Part shown: one piece after another, positions 25,085-39,177 of the stretch | How the letters are laid out: every line of letters starts with the position of its first letter | Position numbering within the stretch: the first letter of the stretch is position 1 | Assembly: GCA_002633005.1 (NCBI GenBank) | Contig: NMRA01000407.1 | Span: forward strand, 1 to 64,000 | DNA: 64,000 nucleotides | DNA from: Phoronis australis | Lineage: Eukaryota; Animalia; Phoronida | Direction: 5' to 3' | The notes under the pieces: model-generated | Database searches by the model: none | What the model saw: only the letters and a program-made list of their open reading frames with translations | What the model was told of the DNA's origin: nothing | Translations under genes and position numbers: made by a program

Positions 25085-28000
25085 TAGGTGAGTGAGTTTC
25101 CTTATTTTATAGCGGAAATCACCCCCCAGGACTACCATGCAGATCAGTTACCGAATTAAGATGAATAAGCCTTAATTCAGTAAATGTTGTAACATTGCAT
25201 TGCAATAAAAATTTACAGATAGAATGAATTTTGCTTGTTGAGATCAGAAGCACATTTTAAGTGTCTTGAAAAATACACATTCTTAAATCACTTTTTGCCT
25301 GTTTCACATATTTTGATTCAGATATTAAATAAGACTTGGCTACAAAGATTATTAGTTTCTACATATAAACATGAGGATGAAACGTCAAGCATGTTCTGCC
25401 TTACAAAAGTAGTTTGTTTTGCGTTTTCTTTTATAACTTGTTAACATTTCTTCCACTATTCTGTTACAGGTGAGAGAAAACAGCTGAAACCAACCGCCTG
25501 ACCATCTATTTTACCTTTGGACAAAGTGAAAAGCAATCCTTCAGCAATAACCTGAGAGAAATGAACCTAATGCAGAAGTTCGTCACTTGATATGCCTGAT
25601 TATGGACTCCATTGCATTGTTCTTTCTTGGTATGTATGTGGTTGTTCAGTTTGCCTTTCTTTTTTAAATACACCGATAATTGTTTATTCTCGAATCTTGT
25701 GCATAGCAGATACTCACTCAGCCAGCTACAATTGAAAACATAGTATTACTTTTTGTGCATGTGGAACTTTTGTTCATAGAAAAGTTAACACAAACCATAA
25801 AAATTTTTCAAAGGCCTTCTTGAAAAAGCTCTAAAAATAATTACACACACATACAAATCAAATGCAAACAAAGGGAATACTTCATTTTGATCGAAGGACA
25901 TTTCTATAGGTCAAAAGGAAAATGACAATTCGCTAGCGTAATCGGTAATCACTTCAGCTTTATCAAGAATAAGCACTGTATGGGGCTTTAAAACTGAAGA
26001 AATATTGTGGTTTCAATAATTTTTTTATCATTTACAAACAATTATAAAGACAAACGAACAAATACGTACACCATTCATTCACGCTTGCACACCTCAGGAA
26101 GACCATTCTTGTATCTCGTTTAAAGTAAATATCTTCTATATGTAGTTAACATGAACAATAAAATTTTCTCATTTCGCATAGAAGCTGTCATATACAAAGT
26201 TTTTATATGCAATTAATTTTCAGCACTATAGTACTCATAAGTATATGTAACGAACTTGTGAAAATTAGGTATATTTTTGTGACATCTCTCCTTGTAAATG
26301 TACTGTTTAGCTAGCAGAAGCAAAATGTTAACTAGAAAATCATGCGTCTTGGAAAGTCCAAGAATACCACTATCGTAAGACACACAGTTGGGAAGCTGAA
26401 TGCGACACTTTTGAAGTAGCTTTCCGAATTCCTTCCAGAAATCTTGTACAAAGCTACATTCCCAAAAAAGGTGTGACAGCGTCTCTGGAGCTTTGTTACA
26501 AAAGGAACATAAATCAGAATCTCTAACACATATTTTGACTAAAAAGGTACAGTGTATTTGTTGCAATAGTCTTGTGTAGTATTCTAAATTGGAACCATCT
26601 AATATGGGGATCCTTTGTAATTTTGTAAGGTAAAGCATATATTTTCTTCCAATCTAAACTATCTCCTAGCTGTATTTCCCATTTACACTCTGACTTAGGT
26701 TTCTTAATGTCATTAAAGACTGAACAAATATGTTTACAGCAGTTCAAATCTTTCCATAAATGAGTAATTGCTAAAGACATGCAAGGAGAGTAAACATTAA
26801 CACTTTTAAATTTACTTTGAAACCATCTTAGAACAGAAACAACACCAATATATTCTACAAAGTTGGTTTTCACATCGAACCTATTTTTCATATTGTTTAA
26901 CTAACAAAATCGCCATCAGTGGTATACATATCTCTAATAAATCTTAAGCCTTTTACAAACCAAGGCTTATAAAAACACCTGTGCCTCCGATCGCCAAGTT
27001 ACTATTAAACCACAAAGGTTGATTCAAAAAGTCCTCTTTACTCGCAACAATTATTTTCTTGTAGAAAGATGCCATACTTCCAAATACGTCGCACCAGTAG
27101 GAATTACCAATTAGAGTTAACTTCGACTAAATAAAGTCATCTCCAAATGAAGCAAAATTCTATAAGAACGGGTAGAGTGAGTACAGTAATTTACCACGTT
27201 TAGACGTAGGGCTTTCAAGATATCTACGTGCCACGGCGAGTTTTAAAGCTTTGATGAAACTATGCATATTAATCCTTTGAATTCCCCCTTGATCAAGTCC
27301 TAAAAAGGCCGTGGTTCGTTCAATTTTATCATTACGGGCCTGCCATACAAATCTAAAAATGTCGTATTCAATTCATCCAAGACTTTCACTGGTGGATTTA
27401 GTAAACTTGACAACAAAAAATTAAGATTAGAAATAGCTAGTGTTTTAATTACCGTTACTCTACCAAACGGCGTTAAATTTCGTCGACTCCAACCTTTTAG
27501 TAAAGACTTGATCTCAGTTATTCTTGCAGTGAAGTTCTTATGCGTCATACTATCCAACTGAGTGTCAAAATCCACCCCCAAAAATCTAAAAGATTTTTTG
27601 TCCAATACAGACTTTCTTTTGTAGGAATCACGTCATCACTACCAGTTTTACTTCCAAACCATATGGCTTTTGTTTTATCCACATTCACTTGGAGACCGGA
27701 GACACTAGCAAACAAATGTAGTACATTCAATGTGCTAGTCAATGACATATTCGACCCATCCAACGTAATTGATGGGTAGTCCGCATATTGCGAAATCAAA
27801 TATTCCTTATTCCCTGCAACTACACCAGCAATATTGTTATCATTCTTGATTAAATACGCCAAAATCTCCGCGCACAAAATAAAAATGTAGGGAGACAAAG
27901 GGTCACCTTGTTTGCAGCCACGCGAAATATTGAACCAAGAAGATGGGTGACCATTTACGACAACACAGGGCTTAATATTACTGTAAAAGACTTTCGCCCA

Positions 28001-31000
28001 CCTTCTGATCGACCAACCAAAATTAAGGAAAGATAAAAATTTTTGAATAAAATTCCACGGCAATGAATCAAATGCTTTCTCAAAATCAATCAGTAAAAGC
28101 AAGGTTTGTTAGCTGCCTGGGCATAAAACATTAAATCATATACATGTAGCACTCGGATACGTTCGCTCATATTTCTTCCAGAAACGAAACCAGTCTGGTC
28201 CTTGCTGATTACTTTTCCCAAAACGGATTTTAACCGTTCAGCCACTGCCGAAGAAGCCAATTTACATTTATATGTCACATTGAGTAAGGATATGGGTCTT
28301 CAGTTTTTCAAATAATACTTACTTTTATCTGCTCCCTTAGGGATGCAGGTGATCACTCCCTCTTTCTGTGTTGATGATAACTGGCCAACAGCAAAACTAG
28401 TATTAAGTGAGCGAACAACGAAATGTCCAATGTAAGCCCAAAAAAAAATTCAAAAATCCCACTGAAAAACCATAAGAGCCTGGGCTCTTGTTGTTTTTCC
28501 CTTTTTTACAAGCATTGTGTGACTTCTTCATATGTAAGAAGACCTTCTAATTTTTCTTTTTCTGTCTCATTCAGTTTGGAGACACAAACCTTATCAAGAA
28601 GAGTTTCTAAAGCAGTATTGTTAGACTGTCTATATTTGCATAGATTTTCATAAAACGTTTTGGTTTCCTGAATAACCTCTTCTTTACTATTGGTTTTAGT
28701 ATTTTCAGATTTCCACAAAAAAGGCAAAAACTTACTTATGTAATGCCTATTTTCCAAGTGAAGAAAATATTTGGAAGGCTTTTCACCTTCTTCAATCCAT
28801 CTTGCTCTCGACCTACTGTATTTATAAGACCTCTTAACTTATTTTGTCTTAGCTCGGCAAGCAGATTGTTTTTTGTTCCAGTAGTTCCCTGTCAAGGCTT
28901 AGACTTTTTTCCAACAAGCTTATTTCTTTGATAAGAAACTGTTCAACTCTATCACTTTTTCTTTTTAAGTAGGTAGCAAAAGAAATTGTTTTGCCGCGAA
29001 TCTCCATCAACAACGTTTCGATACAAAGTTGATCATTTGTAGACAATTGTAAATCTGAATTTCTTGTAGTTATCAACTGTCTGAATGTCGTCAGTCATAT
29101 ACTGTTGTTTATTAACTAATTTAATAGTATTCTTGACTGCAGCAATATACTCAGAGTTTTTAAGGAGAGGATTATTAAACTTTTGGTTTTCATTTCACTG
29201 GGATCTAGTTTCAATGGCCTATAGAAGCGCTTGCAAAAAGGTCCAGTTTCGGCATGTGGCTTTCTTTCACGTAACCTCATTCAGCCTCAATAACATCCAC
29301 AATTAGACCCTTGAAGGTAAACACAACAGCACATCACTTGAATCGTTTGTGCCCAAAATCCCACCCTGAACTAGACCAGAGTGTCACTAGACCTTCTTTA
29401 GCTTCAGTTCCTCATGTTTCTTCCACTGATTTCTACATTGTGCCATTCATCACTGTTGGTGTGTGGAAGTGCTGTGGGATCAAGAGAACGGAGTAACAAA
29501 GCTTGTCTTGTAGTGGCCTTAAAATATCACTGAACCTGGAACGAATATTGAAATATGAATAGTTAAGTACTCCAGGTTGGGTCAAAAATGCTACTCCTGT
29601 TTTTCAAAAATATGAAATGGTGACTGCTCTACAATTTCACATAAAATTAAATAATTACTATTTTCAGAAACCAAGGGTGTTTATAATAAGTATTACATAA
29701 AACTGAATCTTTATTTTTCATTCGTAGCCATAACAACTCTTTAAACGCATCACTTGTCTGCAAAACATACAAGTTTTTTGCGACAACTTCAAAATTTTTT
29801 ACCCATTTACAAGAATTTTTAGTTTTGATACTTTAAGCAAGGTTAAACTCCGATTACAGATTCATGGGTCTGTCAAGCATACTTCTAGTCTAAGGCTGAG
29901 GGAACAGTTTCTCAGACTTTTTATTTTTCTTCTAATAGAAGATAGAAAGACATGGGTCATTTAAAAATGATGGATAATCTTTCTGTTGTTTAACAGTAAT
30001 TACAAATCGTAAGGCACCATCACAAATGTAATTTTCACAAAAAATGGTAGTCATTTGAACTTGTAAACGACTTGCAACATTTCAAGGCACGAGTTAAGAC
30101 TATTCAGTCACTGAGAATTCAGAAAATGTAATATATTTTTATGGGTTTACAACTGATAGCAAAACAGTTTCATGAAAAAAATTTTAAGGAACTTCAAGAC
30201 TTTACCATGCTCTTTCCCCCAGACATGTATTACCTGTTACTTCCACACATTCAGTTTCATCAAATTTTACAACCCCAACCCCCTATGCCAATCCCTCGTT
30301 AAGGACCTGAAAAAGTAAATTTAACAAAACGACTTACATACCTTTTTTAAAAAATTCTCTAGATGAATGACTCCTTATTTTATAGCGGACCCCACCCCTA
30401 GGACTGCCAGATTAGGTACCGAATTAACATGAATAAGCTATTCAGTAAACGACGAAACATTGCATTGGTATAAAAATTGACACCTAGAATGAATTTTACT
30501 TTTTGAAGTCAGAAGTACATTTTAGGTGTCGTGAAAAATACACATTGTTAAATCACTTTTAGCATGTTTCACATATTTTAATTCAGATCTTAAATAAGAC
30601 TTGGGTACAAAAGATTATTAGTTTCTACATATAAACATGAATATCAAACGTCAAGTATGCTCTGCATTACAAAAGTAGTTTTGTCTTATGTTTTTTTATA
30701 ATTTATTAATATTTATTTGACTATTCTGTTACAGCTGAGAGAAAACGACTGAAACCAGCCGCCTGACCGTCTATTTTACCTTTGGCCAAAGTGAAAAGCA
30801 ATCCTTCAGCAATACCCTGAGAGAACTAAACTCAATTCAGAAATTCAGGCCTTGATATGCCTGATTATGGACTCCGTTGCATGGGAAAATTACAATTGTT
30901 TTTAACAATGTTGTTTCTTGGTATGTATGTGGTTGTTTAGTTTGCCATTTTCTTAAATTTTCTTTAAATACACCGATAACTGTTTATTCTCGAATCTTGT

Positions 31001-31320
31001 GCATAGCAGATTCTTATCCAGCTAGCTACAATTGAAAACATACTTTTCTTGCATGTGGAACTTTTGTTGTGGACAAGTTAACACAAAACTTAAAATTGTT
31101 CAAAGGCCTTCTTAAGAAAGCTTTGAAAATAATTACACACACAAACAAATCAAATGCAAACAAAGGGAATACTTCATTTTGATCGCTGCCCGTTTCTAGA
31201 GGACAACAGGAAAATGACATTTCGCTACCGTAATCGGTAATCATTTCAGCCTTATAAAGAATTAACGCAACTGCACTGTATGCGGCTTTAAAACTGAGAA
31301 AATATTGTGGTTTCAATAAT
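25085..31320 (+). repeat. ~940-bp direct duplication: 25085-26020 and 30358-31320
   Basis: Long collinear matches from 'ccttattttatagcgga' to 'aatattgtggtttcaataat'. Confidence 0.9.
26021..29185 (-). mobile_element. L1/Tx1-clade non-LTR retrotransposon ORF2, 5'-truncated and frameshifted
   Basis: KFNN.LLK..EY (~29180), DQTGFVSGR, LLLIDFEKAFDS, GCKQGDPLSPYIFIL, SQYADY (mutated YADD), GRVTVIKTLAIS, FQFRILH, zinc knuckle CSFC...ETLSHLFWEC; T-run (poly-A) at ~26020. Confidence 0.92.
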
Positions 31321-31377
31321 TAGTGACAAACTTGCCTGTTGATGAAAAATTTATTCGATCATCAAAGTGTAACATTA

Positions 31378-31980
31378 CAGTGGCGGATCTAGGATATCAC
31401 AAAGGGGGGCCAACATTTTGTCCTGCTGTAAGCATTTGCGCAAACCACGAATGTAGATGTGCATAGCACCGAATGGGGCGAACCCCCCTCCCGTCCAGCA
31501 AATTTTTCTGTTTTTTCCTCTAAAAATTAAGCATTTTCCTTGATTCCTGAAGTATTATCCAAGAGAAAAAGGCAAAAAAAGCACGGAGAACGTGTCAAAC
31601 AGGAAAAACTGCATCTACCACAGAATCGAACTCACGACCTGGCATATAGCGCGCACGTGCTTTACCATTACACCACCACGATTTACCTACTATTCGTACA
31701 CTAAGAGATCTACTTGTTTATGGTCCACAGCGTTTGCGCACGAAACCTACTTCTTTTTGAAATGTTTATTGCACGTTTTATATTTTGTGCAATCAGTTCT
31801 TAACATATTTTTTGTATTTAAAATAGTTTTCAAATGCCCAAAAGACAAAATCCGTTTTTCGTGTTGGCAATAATGACGGGATTGCTTTGGAAATCGTCTT
31901 AAGTTAGGGTTTGACAAAGAGAGAATTATGAGTTTCTGAGTGATTCACTAAGGCTTCGATTGGTAATTGTTTACAATATG
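31378..31980 (+). mobile_element. hAT-like non-autonomous element with an internal tRNA-like segment; related copies at 49440-49779 (inverted) and 59658-60429
   Basis: Terminus cagtggcggatctaggatatcacaa at 31378 matches the reverse complement at 49755-49779 and cagtggtggatctagga at 59658. Internal blocks are shared ('gacaaagagagaattat.agtttctgagtgattcact'). Confidence 0.7.
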
Positions 31981-32164
31981 ACGACATTGACCTACACACA
32001 TGATTTTGGTATCGTTCGATTCCTTGCAACGTTATCTTTCCACAAATAAATGAATGTATCCCCTACCGCTATTCTTCCGTATTTTATCATTGAATTTCGG
32101 TTCGCACTATTTCCCAGTTGACACCGCCATGTTAATTCAAGATTACAGTGACACCTGTTATTAA

Positions 32165-33842
32165 AGGAGAATGCCACCCGATTTACTTACTCTTTTTTGC
32201 CGTCTTAATCGGTCTATATCCACATCGCCTCGCATACGGTAAACCTTACCTTGCCAAGAGGTGTCGCGTTAACCTGTGAGGAAGGTGAGAAACGACGCTA
32301 GCGACGTCAGTGGTTCATATGCAGAGTGAATGCCGCTATGTTGCGGTGCATCGTTCCCGCTTGTCCGAACTAAGCAGCTGCGAGGAAAGCGGGTATATCG
32401 TTTTTTTAATTCCTCGAGAGTCCGAAATGCTTAGGAAGTGGCTCATGGTAGTGAAGAATGAAATGTACGCTGTAAATAGCAAGTATGAGGCCGTGAAACA
32501 TCTCCGTGTCTGTGGCCTGCAGACGTCGACAGTGCCCGACGAATGCCGGCTTACTAAATAACTCCATACGTTCCGTTGTCTGAGCTTGTTCACGTCGCCT
32601 CTCTAGTATTTCTTCATCACTGTATTCCTGTTCGAAATGATAGCCTGTAAATTTAACGATCCACTTGCGAAGTCGGGACTGGTGAGCTCTAGCTCGTCCT
32701 AAGTCGGGATTGCGAGTTGCCATGTAAGCGTTTATTACTGAGCGTTCTTTTTCAAAATGAATTATTCTCACCCTAACTAATACTTATATAAAACTGAAAC
32801 AAAGTCCGTCTTATTAGGCGCAATTTGTAATGCCTTTGGAGTGTTCGTGAGTGCAAATGATTTGAGAAGCCAGCAATGAATAAATCACTGCGTTACCGCG
32901 GCTTTAGGTGCAATAAAACTAATTGACGGGACACCGAGGCCGTGTGAGCTCATGCTAATTTAGTGTTTGCTGGCAGAAACTGTTGTGAAACAACTCGATT
33001 TCCATCCCACGGCCAGGTGTTAGGGGAATCTTTATTTACATTTACATTACTCAAATAATGATTGTCAATGTACAACTTCTGCCCTGACGGTGCTGTGGCC
33101 AAAGCGGAACCTGAATTCGCGGCCCCCGACGAGTAAGTAGATTTGCAGTTTCGTGGCTAATTCACCAACATAATCAGGTGCACATTACTTTGGCTCACTA
33201 GTATAGTATTTTCTTGACTGGAAGTTTAGTTTCCACTGAACTTTGGCTGGTTTATGTTCGTGATGTCTGATCAGTTTCCGAGCCACTGGCGGGGATAACG
33301 AGTCAATCTGGCCGGCCGCGACGAGCCTGATCGTGCTCCGAGACACTGGCCAGGCTAATAATTAAGCGTTTTGTGATTAGAACTCAAAAAATCACAAGTC
33401 TAAACAACACAGATCTAGGTTCTCCTGTCTGTATCTCACGGAAAATACTTTGAAATTATCTCCGACCCCAAACTTCTGCTACGGACCTTATTGGTCTGTC
33501 GAACTTTGTAGGCTACGGTGTGTCCAAATACCAATAAGTCCGTAAGAGCGAAATAAAACAACACGTTTTTATAACAACTCGGTGTATTTTTAAGAGTTTT
33601 ACATCGAAGTTTGATGATTTATTGGTGTTAAACGATGATTTCAAGCGATAAGCTGACACCAGTAACCCGTGTTGTGAACTGCTGAACAGACTGCGTGTGA
33701 AACCGATGACGTCATTGGATAATTTCAACACCTCCGTCTGCCGTCAGGTGTCAGGTAACGCAACCGTACGTGTCGCTATGGAATAGAACCACTCGATCTA
33801 AATTGATACAAACCTATATTGTTTTTTGGGTGGCATGCTCTT
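32165..33842 (+). mobile_element. Kolobok DNA transposon, internally deleted (THAP start + KolX start)
   Basis: TTAA TSD on both sides; TIR aggagaatgccaccc / gggtggcatgctctt. + strand THAP-like IPRESEMLRKWL..VK...LRVCGL (32310-32561). Minus-strand GYHFEQEYSDEEI resembles the KolX N-terminal Y.FEPE motif. Confidence 0.85.
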
Positions 33843-36665
33843 TTAAGTCAAGAGGAATGTGTCGATCAACTTGTCATTAGGGTTTTGACTTTTTAATAAA
33901 ATAAAATAAATAAATAAATAATAATATCATTTATTGTACATCGTAGGCTTTGCTTACTCATACACAGATACATAAATTCAAACGTGTATTCAGAGTATTT
34001 ACACGGAGAGCAGTTCTTCTCTTACTTCCAATACCAAAACAAGTTCTACGAGCAGACACTAGGAATGGCAATGGGTTCACCGCTATCACCAGTCTTAGGT
34101 AACTTGTACATGGTTCCAACAAACAGCTCTCAGCTCAGCTAACAGACCCGCGAAGATGTGGAAACGATACTTTGATGACATGATCACATCATTCAGCCAA
34201 GACTCAGAAAAAGCATCAGAGTTCCTTGACCATCTGAGCAACATAGCGCCTACAATTAGATTCACAATGGAAGAAGAGACAAATAACAGTCTCCCATTCC
34301 TAGACGTACTAGTGACTTGTGTTGAAGGACAGTTAGAAAAGGCGGTCTACTATAAGAAGACCCACACAGGACGATACCTCGACTTCAACTCCAACCACAC
34401 CAAAGGAGTCAAGAAGGGTATAATCAAATGCCTTGCATCAAGATGGCAAGAAATCTGCAGTGATACAGCACTCCAAGCAAAAATGACCAACCTGACGGAG
34501 ACATTCGAAAGAAATGGCTACCCAAGGCATTTCATCAAGTCGGCTTTAACATCGCAGAGAAAAGAGAAAGTGGCAAAAGAACGCCCACTACAGACTGTGC
34601 TTACCATATATACCTAGAATAACCGAGAAGCTAGGACGCATATGTAAAGAATTTAAAATAAGAACAGTATACCGCAGCTCAGACACACTGGGTCTGCCAC
34701 TGACAAAAGTTAAACCAAGAACTGACATGGGAAACAGAAAAATGTCATCTATGAAATCCATGTGAATGTGGTGAATCATATATCGGTGAAACATTAAGAC
34801 CACTGGAGACGAGAATTGTTGAACATAGGAGGTGTTGTAGAGAGGGTAATACCTCATCAGGAGTACAGGGCCGTAGGAAGCGGGGGGGCGGGGGTGGGCA
34901 CGCCCCCCAAAAAAAAATTCAGCCGTCACAGTTAAACCGTGGCAACCGACATACGCGTGGGGCGGGGACAGTTGAGAAAAGAAAGACTCTAAATGCGGAT
35001 AACAGAGAGAAAATTCAAGAGAACATTTAACAACTCTGTATCAGCGCATGGTTTACGTTTTGAGGTCCCTGACCAGGACATTGTTTTTGGGTATCCGCTT
35101 TAGCAGCACAGGTCGTCTAAACGCCATTGAAACGTGCACATAATGATTCGTGCATATATTTCGAAAAATCGAGAACGTTTGTAAAGCGTATTAATTTCCT
35201 GAATTTTAAATTCAATAAGTCAATTTTGCGACGACAAACCGTATTTTTCCAGAGGCCCCTCTCTGGCAAGGGATAACGGAGACAACTGTCGCTTTTTTCT
35301 CGAATTGTATATCACCTGAGACAAATTGATGACTTGACAGATATCATCAATTGCTGCACATTTTTGGTTTTTGAAATTATAAATATTTTCATATTGAGGG
35401 GCCTTGAAGGAGGCCGTTGGTGACATTCAAGTGGCCACAGTTTTTAAACTTTTATTGACAATTTCTTAAGGGTCCGCTCACGGAGAGAGGGACCAATGTT
35501 GTACTCGAATACGTCTATTTTCCTGTTTTTGTAAAATCATGAAACCGACTTTCATGTTGAAGAAGGTCACTTCCTTCATCGTCTTGTGACAACGCGACGG
35601 TGGAATGAACTGTCACTCTTTTCCAAGCTTAATGAAATGTTTAGCCTTTCATAATTAAGGTGTCCCATTTCAGACGGGATCCTCTCTTGGTGGAGCAGTT
35701 CGGGGAAATGTCCCTTTGTCCCTCTATAGATGTAAATCCGACACTGCCACGTATTCACGTGAGAAGTTGTGATTCCAAATTCCATCAAAAAAACAAAACA
35801 TTCGTGCACATCACAGCAGTATCAAGACATTTGACCCAAACAACCAAAAAAGTGAAAAAATACAATAGGATTGACCGCCATCGACAGGGAGTCAGAAATT
35901 TTAAAGATTGTGAAGACCGCTATTTGTTAATTACACAAAAGGACTATTTCCGATGGTTAGTTATAGAATAACGATACTGTTTCCCATATTATCACAAAAT
36001 TATTTTCTCTTTTGAAAATGGTTACTATGAGTTATTTGTAAGGAATTCCCTCATGTGGAAAACACTGCTGTCGAGGCTACCATTGAGGTGACCGTGTACA
36101 TGTCGAACGAGTGTACTCAAATACTCGCAATAATAAACAAATATTTCAGCGTTATTTTTTGAGGTCAAGTTATAGGTGCCTCGGAAATGAGCAAAAATAC
36201 ACCTTCAGATGAATGAATGCCCAATCTCCAATTTCCCCCGGTTACCCGTCAAAAATCTACGAGCATGCATGCGGAAATTGCTTGTAACATTCCGTTTTGA
36301 TCAACAAGTTCGTTGGTTTCTGATTTACATGTTTATGTATCTACGAACACCGACAGGTTAATAGATGATTTTTGAGAATTAGAAGATAATCTTTTAAGAA
36401 ATGATGACGACTCAGGGAATTAAGCTTAAGCCTGATTATGGAAAAAAACTATAACCTGTTAGACTATGTTCCCCAAATAGTAAAGTGCATTGGACGTTTT
36501 TGCCTACCTAAAATAACTCTCAAAGACATTGATGAAATTTGAACTCTTCCCAAAAATTTACTCATAATTCAAATGACAATTATAAATGCATTGATTTTTT
36601 ACTTCGGCACACGATTTGTTGTTTAAACTCACTAACAGGGGATCAAAAAGGAATTAAGTCATTAA

Positions 36666-39177
36666 AGGAGGAGCATGCCACCGAAAAAAACAACCTAATT
36701 TGTATCAATTTAGATCGTACGGTTGCGTTACCTGACACCTGACGGCAGACGGAGTTGTTGAAATTATCCAATGACCTAATTTGTTTCACAGGCAGTCTGT
36801 TCAGCAGTTCACAACACGGATTAGTGGTGTCAGCTTATTGCTTGAATTCATCGTTTAACACCAATATATCATCAAACTTCGATGTAACACCCTTAAAAAT
36901 ACACCGAGTTCTTATAAAAACGTGTTGTTTTATTTCGCCGTTACGGATTTATTGGTGTTTGGACACACCGAAGCCTACAAAGTTCGGCAGGCTAATAAGG
37001 TCCGTACCAGGAGTTTGCGGTCTGTTTGGAGATAAATTCTAAGTATTTTTCCGTGAGATACAGACAGGAGAACCTAGATCTGTGTTGTTTAGACTTGTTA
37101 TTTTCTAAACACAGAAAACGATTGTTATCCTGGCAAGTGGCTCGGAGCCCGATCAGGACCGTCGCGGCCGGCGGGACCACTCGTTATCCCGGCCAGTGGC
37201 TCGCAAGCCGATCAGACATCACGAACATAAACCATCTAAAGTTGAAAACTAAACTTCCAGTCAAGAAATACTAGTGAGCCAAAGAAGTAAAGTGCACGTG
37301 ATTATTTTGGTGAATTAGCCACGAAACTGCAAATCTGCTTACTCGTCGGGGGCCGCGAAGTTAGGTTCCGCTTTGGCCACAGAACCGTGACGGCAGAAGT
37401 TTTACATTGACACTCATTTTTTGAATAATGTAAATGTAAATAAAGATTCCCTAACACCTGGCCGTGGTATAGAAATCGAATTGTTTCACAACAATTTCTG
37501 TCAGCTGAATTAGCAGGAGCTCACACGGCCTCGGTGCCCCGTCAACAGTCTTATTACACATAAAGCCGTTAACGCAGTGATTTATTCATTGCTGACTTCA
37601 TTTGCACTCACGAACACTACAAAGGCATTCCAAATTGCATCTAATGAGACACACTTTGTTTCAGTTTGACATAAGTATTGGTATAAGGGTGAGAATAACT
37701 CATTTTGAAATAGAACGCTCAGTAATAAACGCCAATTACATGGCAACTGGCAATCCCGACTTAGACGAAAGCTCAACCCAACGAAGACTTCGCAGGTGGA
37801 TCGTTAAGTTTCACAGGCTATCATTTCGAACAGGAATACAGTGATGAAGAAATACTAGAGAGGTGCCGTGAACAAGCTCAGACAACGGAACGTATGGATA
37901 CATGTAGTTATTTGGTAAGCCGACATTCGTCAGGCACTGTCCCGCGACGACTGCAGGCCACAGACACGGAGATGTTTCACGGCCTCATACTTGCTACTTA
38001 CAGCGTACTTTTAATTCTTCACTACCGCGAGCCACTTCCTTCGGACTCAAGAGGAAGTCGAAAAAACGATATACCAGCTTTCCTCGCAGCTGCATCGTTC
38101 GGACAAGCGGGAACGATGCACCGCAACATAGCGGCATTAACTCTGCAAATGAACCACTGACGTCGCTGCGTCGTTTCTCACCTTCCTCTCAGGTTAACGC
38201 GACACTTATCTGCAATGTAAGGTCGACCGCCTGCAAGGCAATGTGGATATAGACCGATTAAGACAGGAAAAAAAAGACTAATTAAATCGGGTGGCATTCT
38301 CCTTGTCACGTTTTTCCCCGTGTGTGGGTGGGCGCAGGTTGTTACAGACCGGTGCTAATAGCTTTCGGTGCGAAGATTGACTGAAGACTGGTTCGAGTTA
38401 ATTCTTTATTAATCCCGACCGTACGTTCACAAGCCTACTCAAACAAAACGTCCGACGTAATGTCTCTTTATGCTCCAGCCAGTGCTGCGAAGCCTTGACT
38501 TGTGATGAACCTCTGAGACACGTTCAGCAACTGTTACACTCGTTAATTCAGTAACCTGCTATCTCTATAGCTGGCTCTCGATTGACTCTCGCTCTAACTG
38601 CTGATTCTCTTCACTGCAACTCAACTGTAGTTCTCCTGATTAACCTTCTTGAACTTCTGACGAACTGACTTGATCTCTCTTGAACGGACTTGATCTCCTT
38701 GGACTCAACTGACTTAATCTGACTAACACAAACCCGTGCTTGTGTATTTATAGCCTAATGCATTGTTCTGGAACTTTTCATCAATTCAAGCACATACCAG
38801 AACTTTCTGGAACCTACCCAATCATTCTACAAACATGCACTAGTCTCTAGAATATTCCAGACTGCATTAATCACTGCCATGTTAGAGTCTTCTAGAAAGT
38901 TCCACACTATACTGTAGTAAACAAATTACATCATCACTGTTCTGACTTCAGTCTTCTAGAAAGTTCCACACTATTTTGTAGTAAACAAATTACATCATCA
39001 CTGTTCAAATTACATCATCACTGTTCTGACTTCAGTCTTCTAGAAAGTTACACACTATTTTGTAGTAAACAAATTACATCATCACTGTACTTAACTCAGG
39101 GGTCATGCCAATCGAACAGAATAATAAAACAAAACAATACAATTAAAAATACTGTCAGACCATATTCTGGCACTCCT
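36666..39177 (-). mobile_element. Second Kolobok copy, inverted relative to 32165-33842, with a solo LTR in its terminus
   Basis: ttaa|aggaggagcatgccacc ... gggtggcattctcct[LTR]ctcct|ttaa. The body 36666-38303 is the reverse complement of copy 1. Confidence 0.88.
38304..39172 (-). mobile_element. Solo LTR (869 bp) of an LTR retrotransposon
   Basis: TG...CA ends (tgtcacg...ctggca) with a 5-bp TSD ctcct. Minus-strand TATA (ctataaata, ~38750) lies upstream of AATAAA (~38408). About three copies of a ~65-bp repeat at 38885-39090. Confidence 0.85.

Larger units (their letters stand above)
24490..31320 (+). mobile_element. Decayed, rearranged THAP-transposase element (ISL2EU/PIF-Harbinger-like) with spliced THAP exons and an antisense YqaJ-like remnant
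   Basis: Begins at|ggggctattc. THAP N-half ..FPWCKSSTGGHKFPKDLRLLQSWRIAVKR (~24620-24790, donor gtaagt). THAP end ERKQLKPTA*PSIL after ttacag (25470 and 30734). Minus-strand 29210-29420 reads LKLK..LVQG..VVFTFKGLIVDVI..MPKL, like a YqaJ C-terminus. No right TIR found. Confidence 0.55.
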
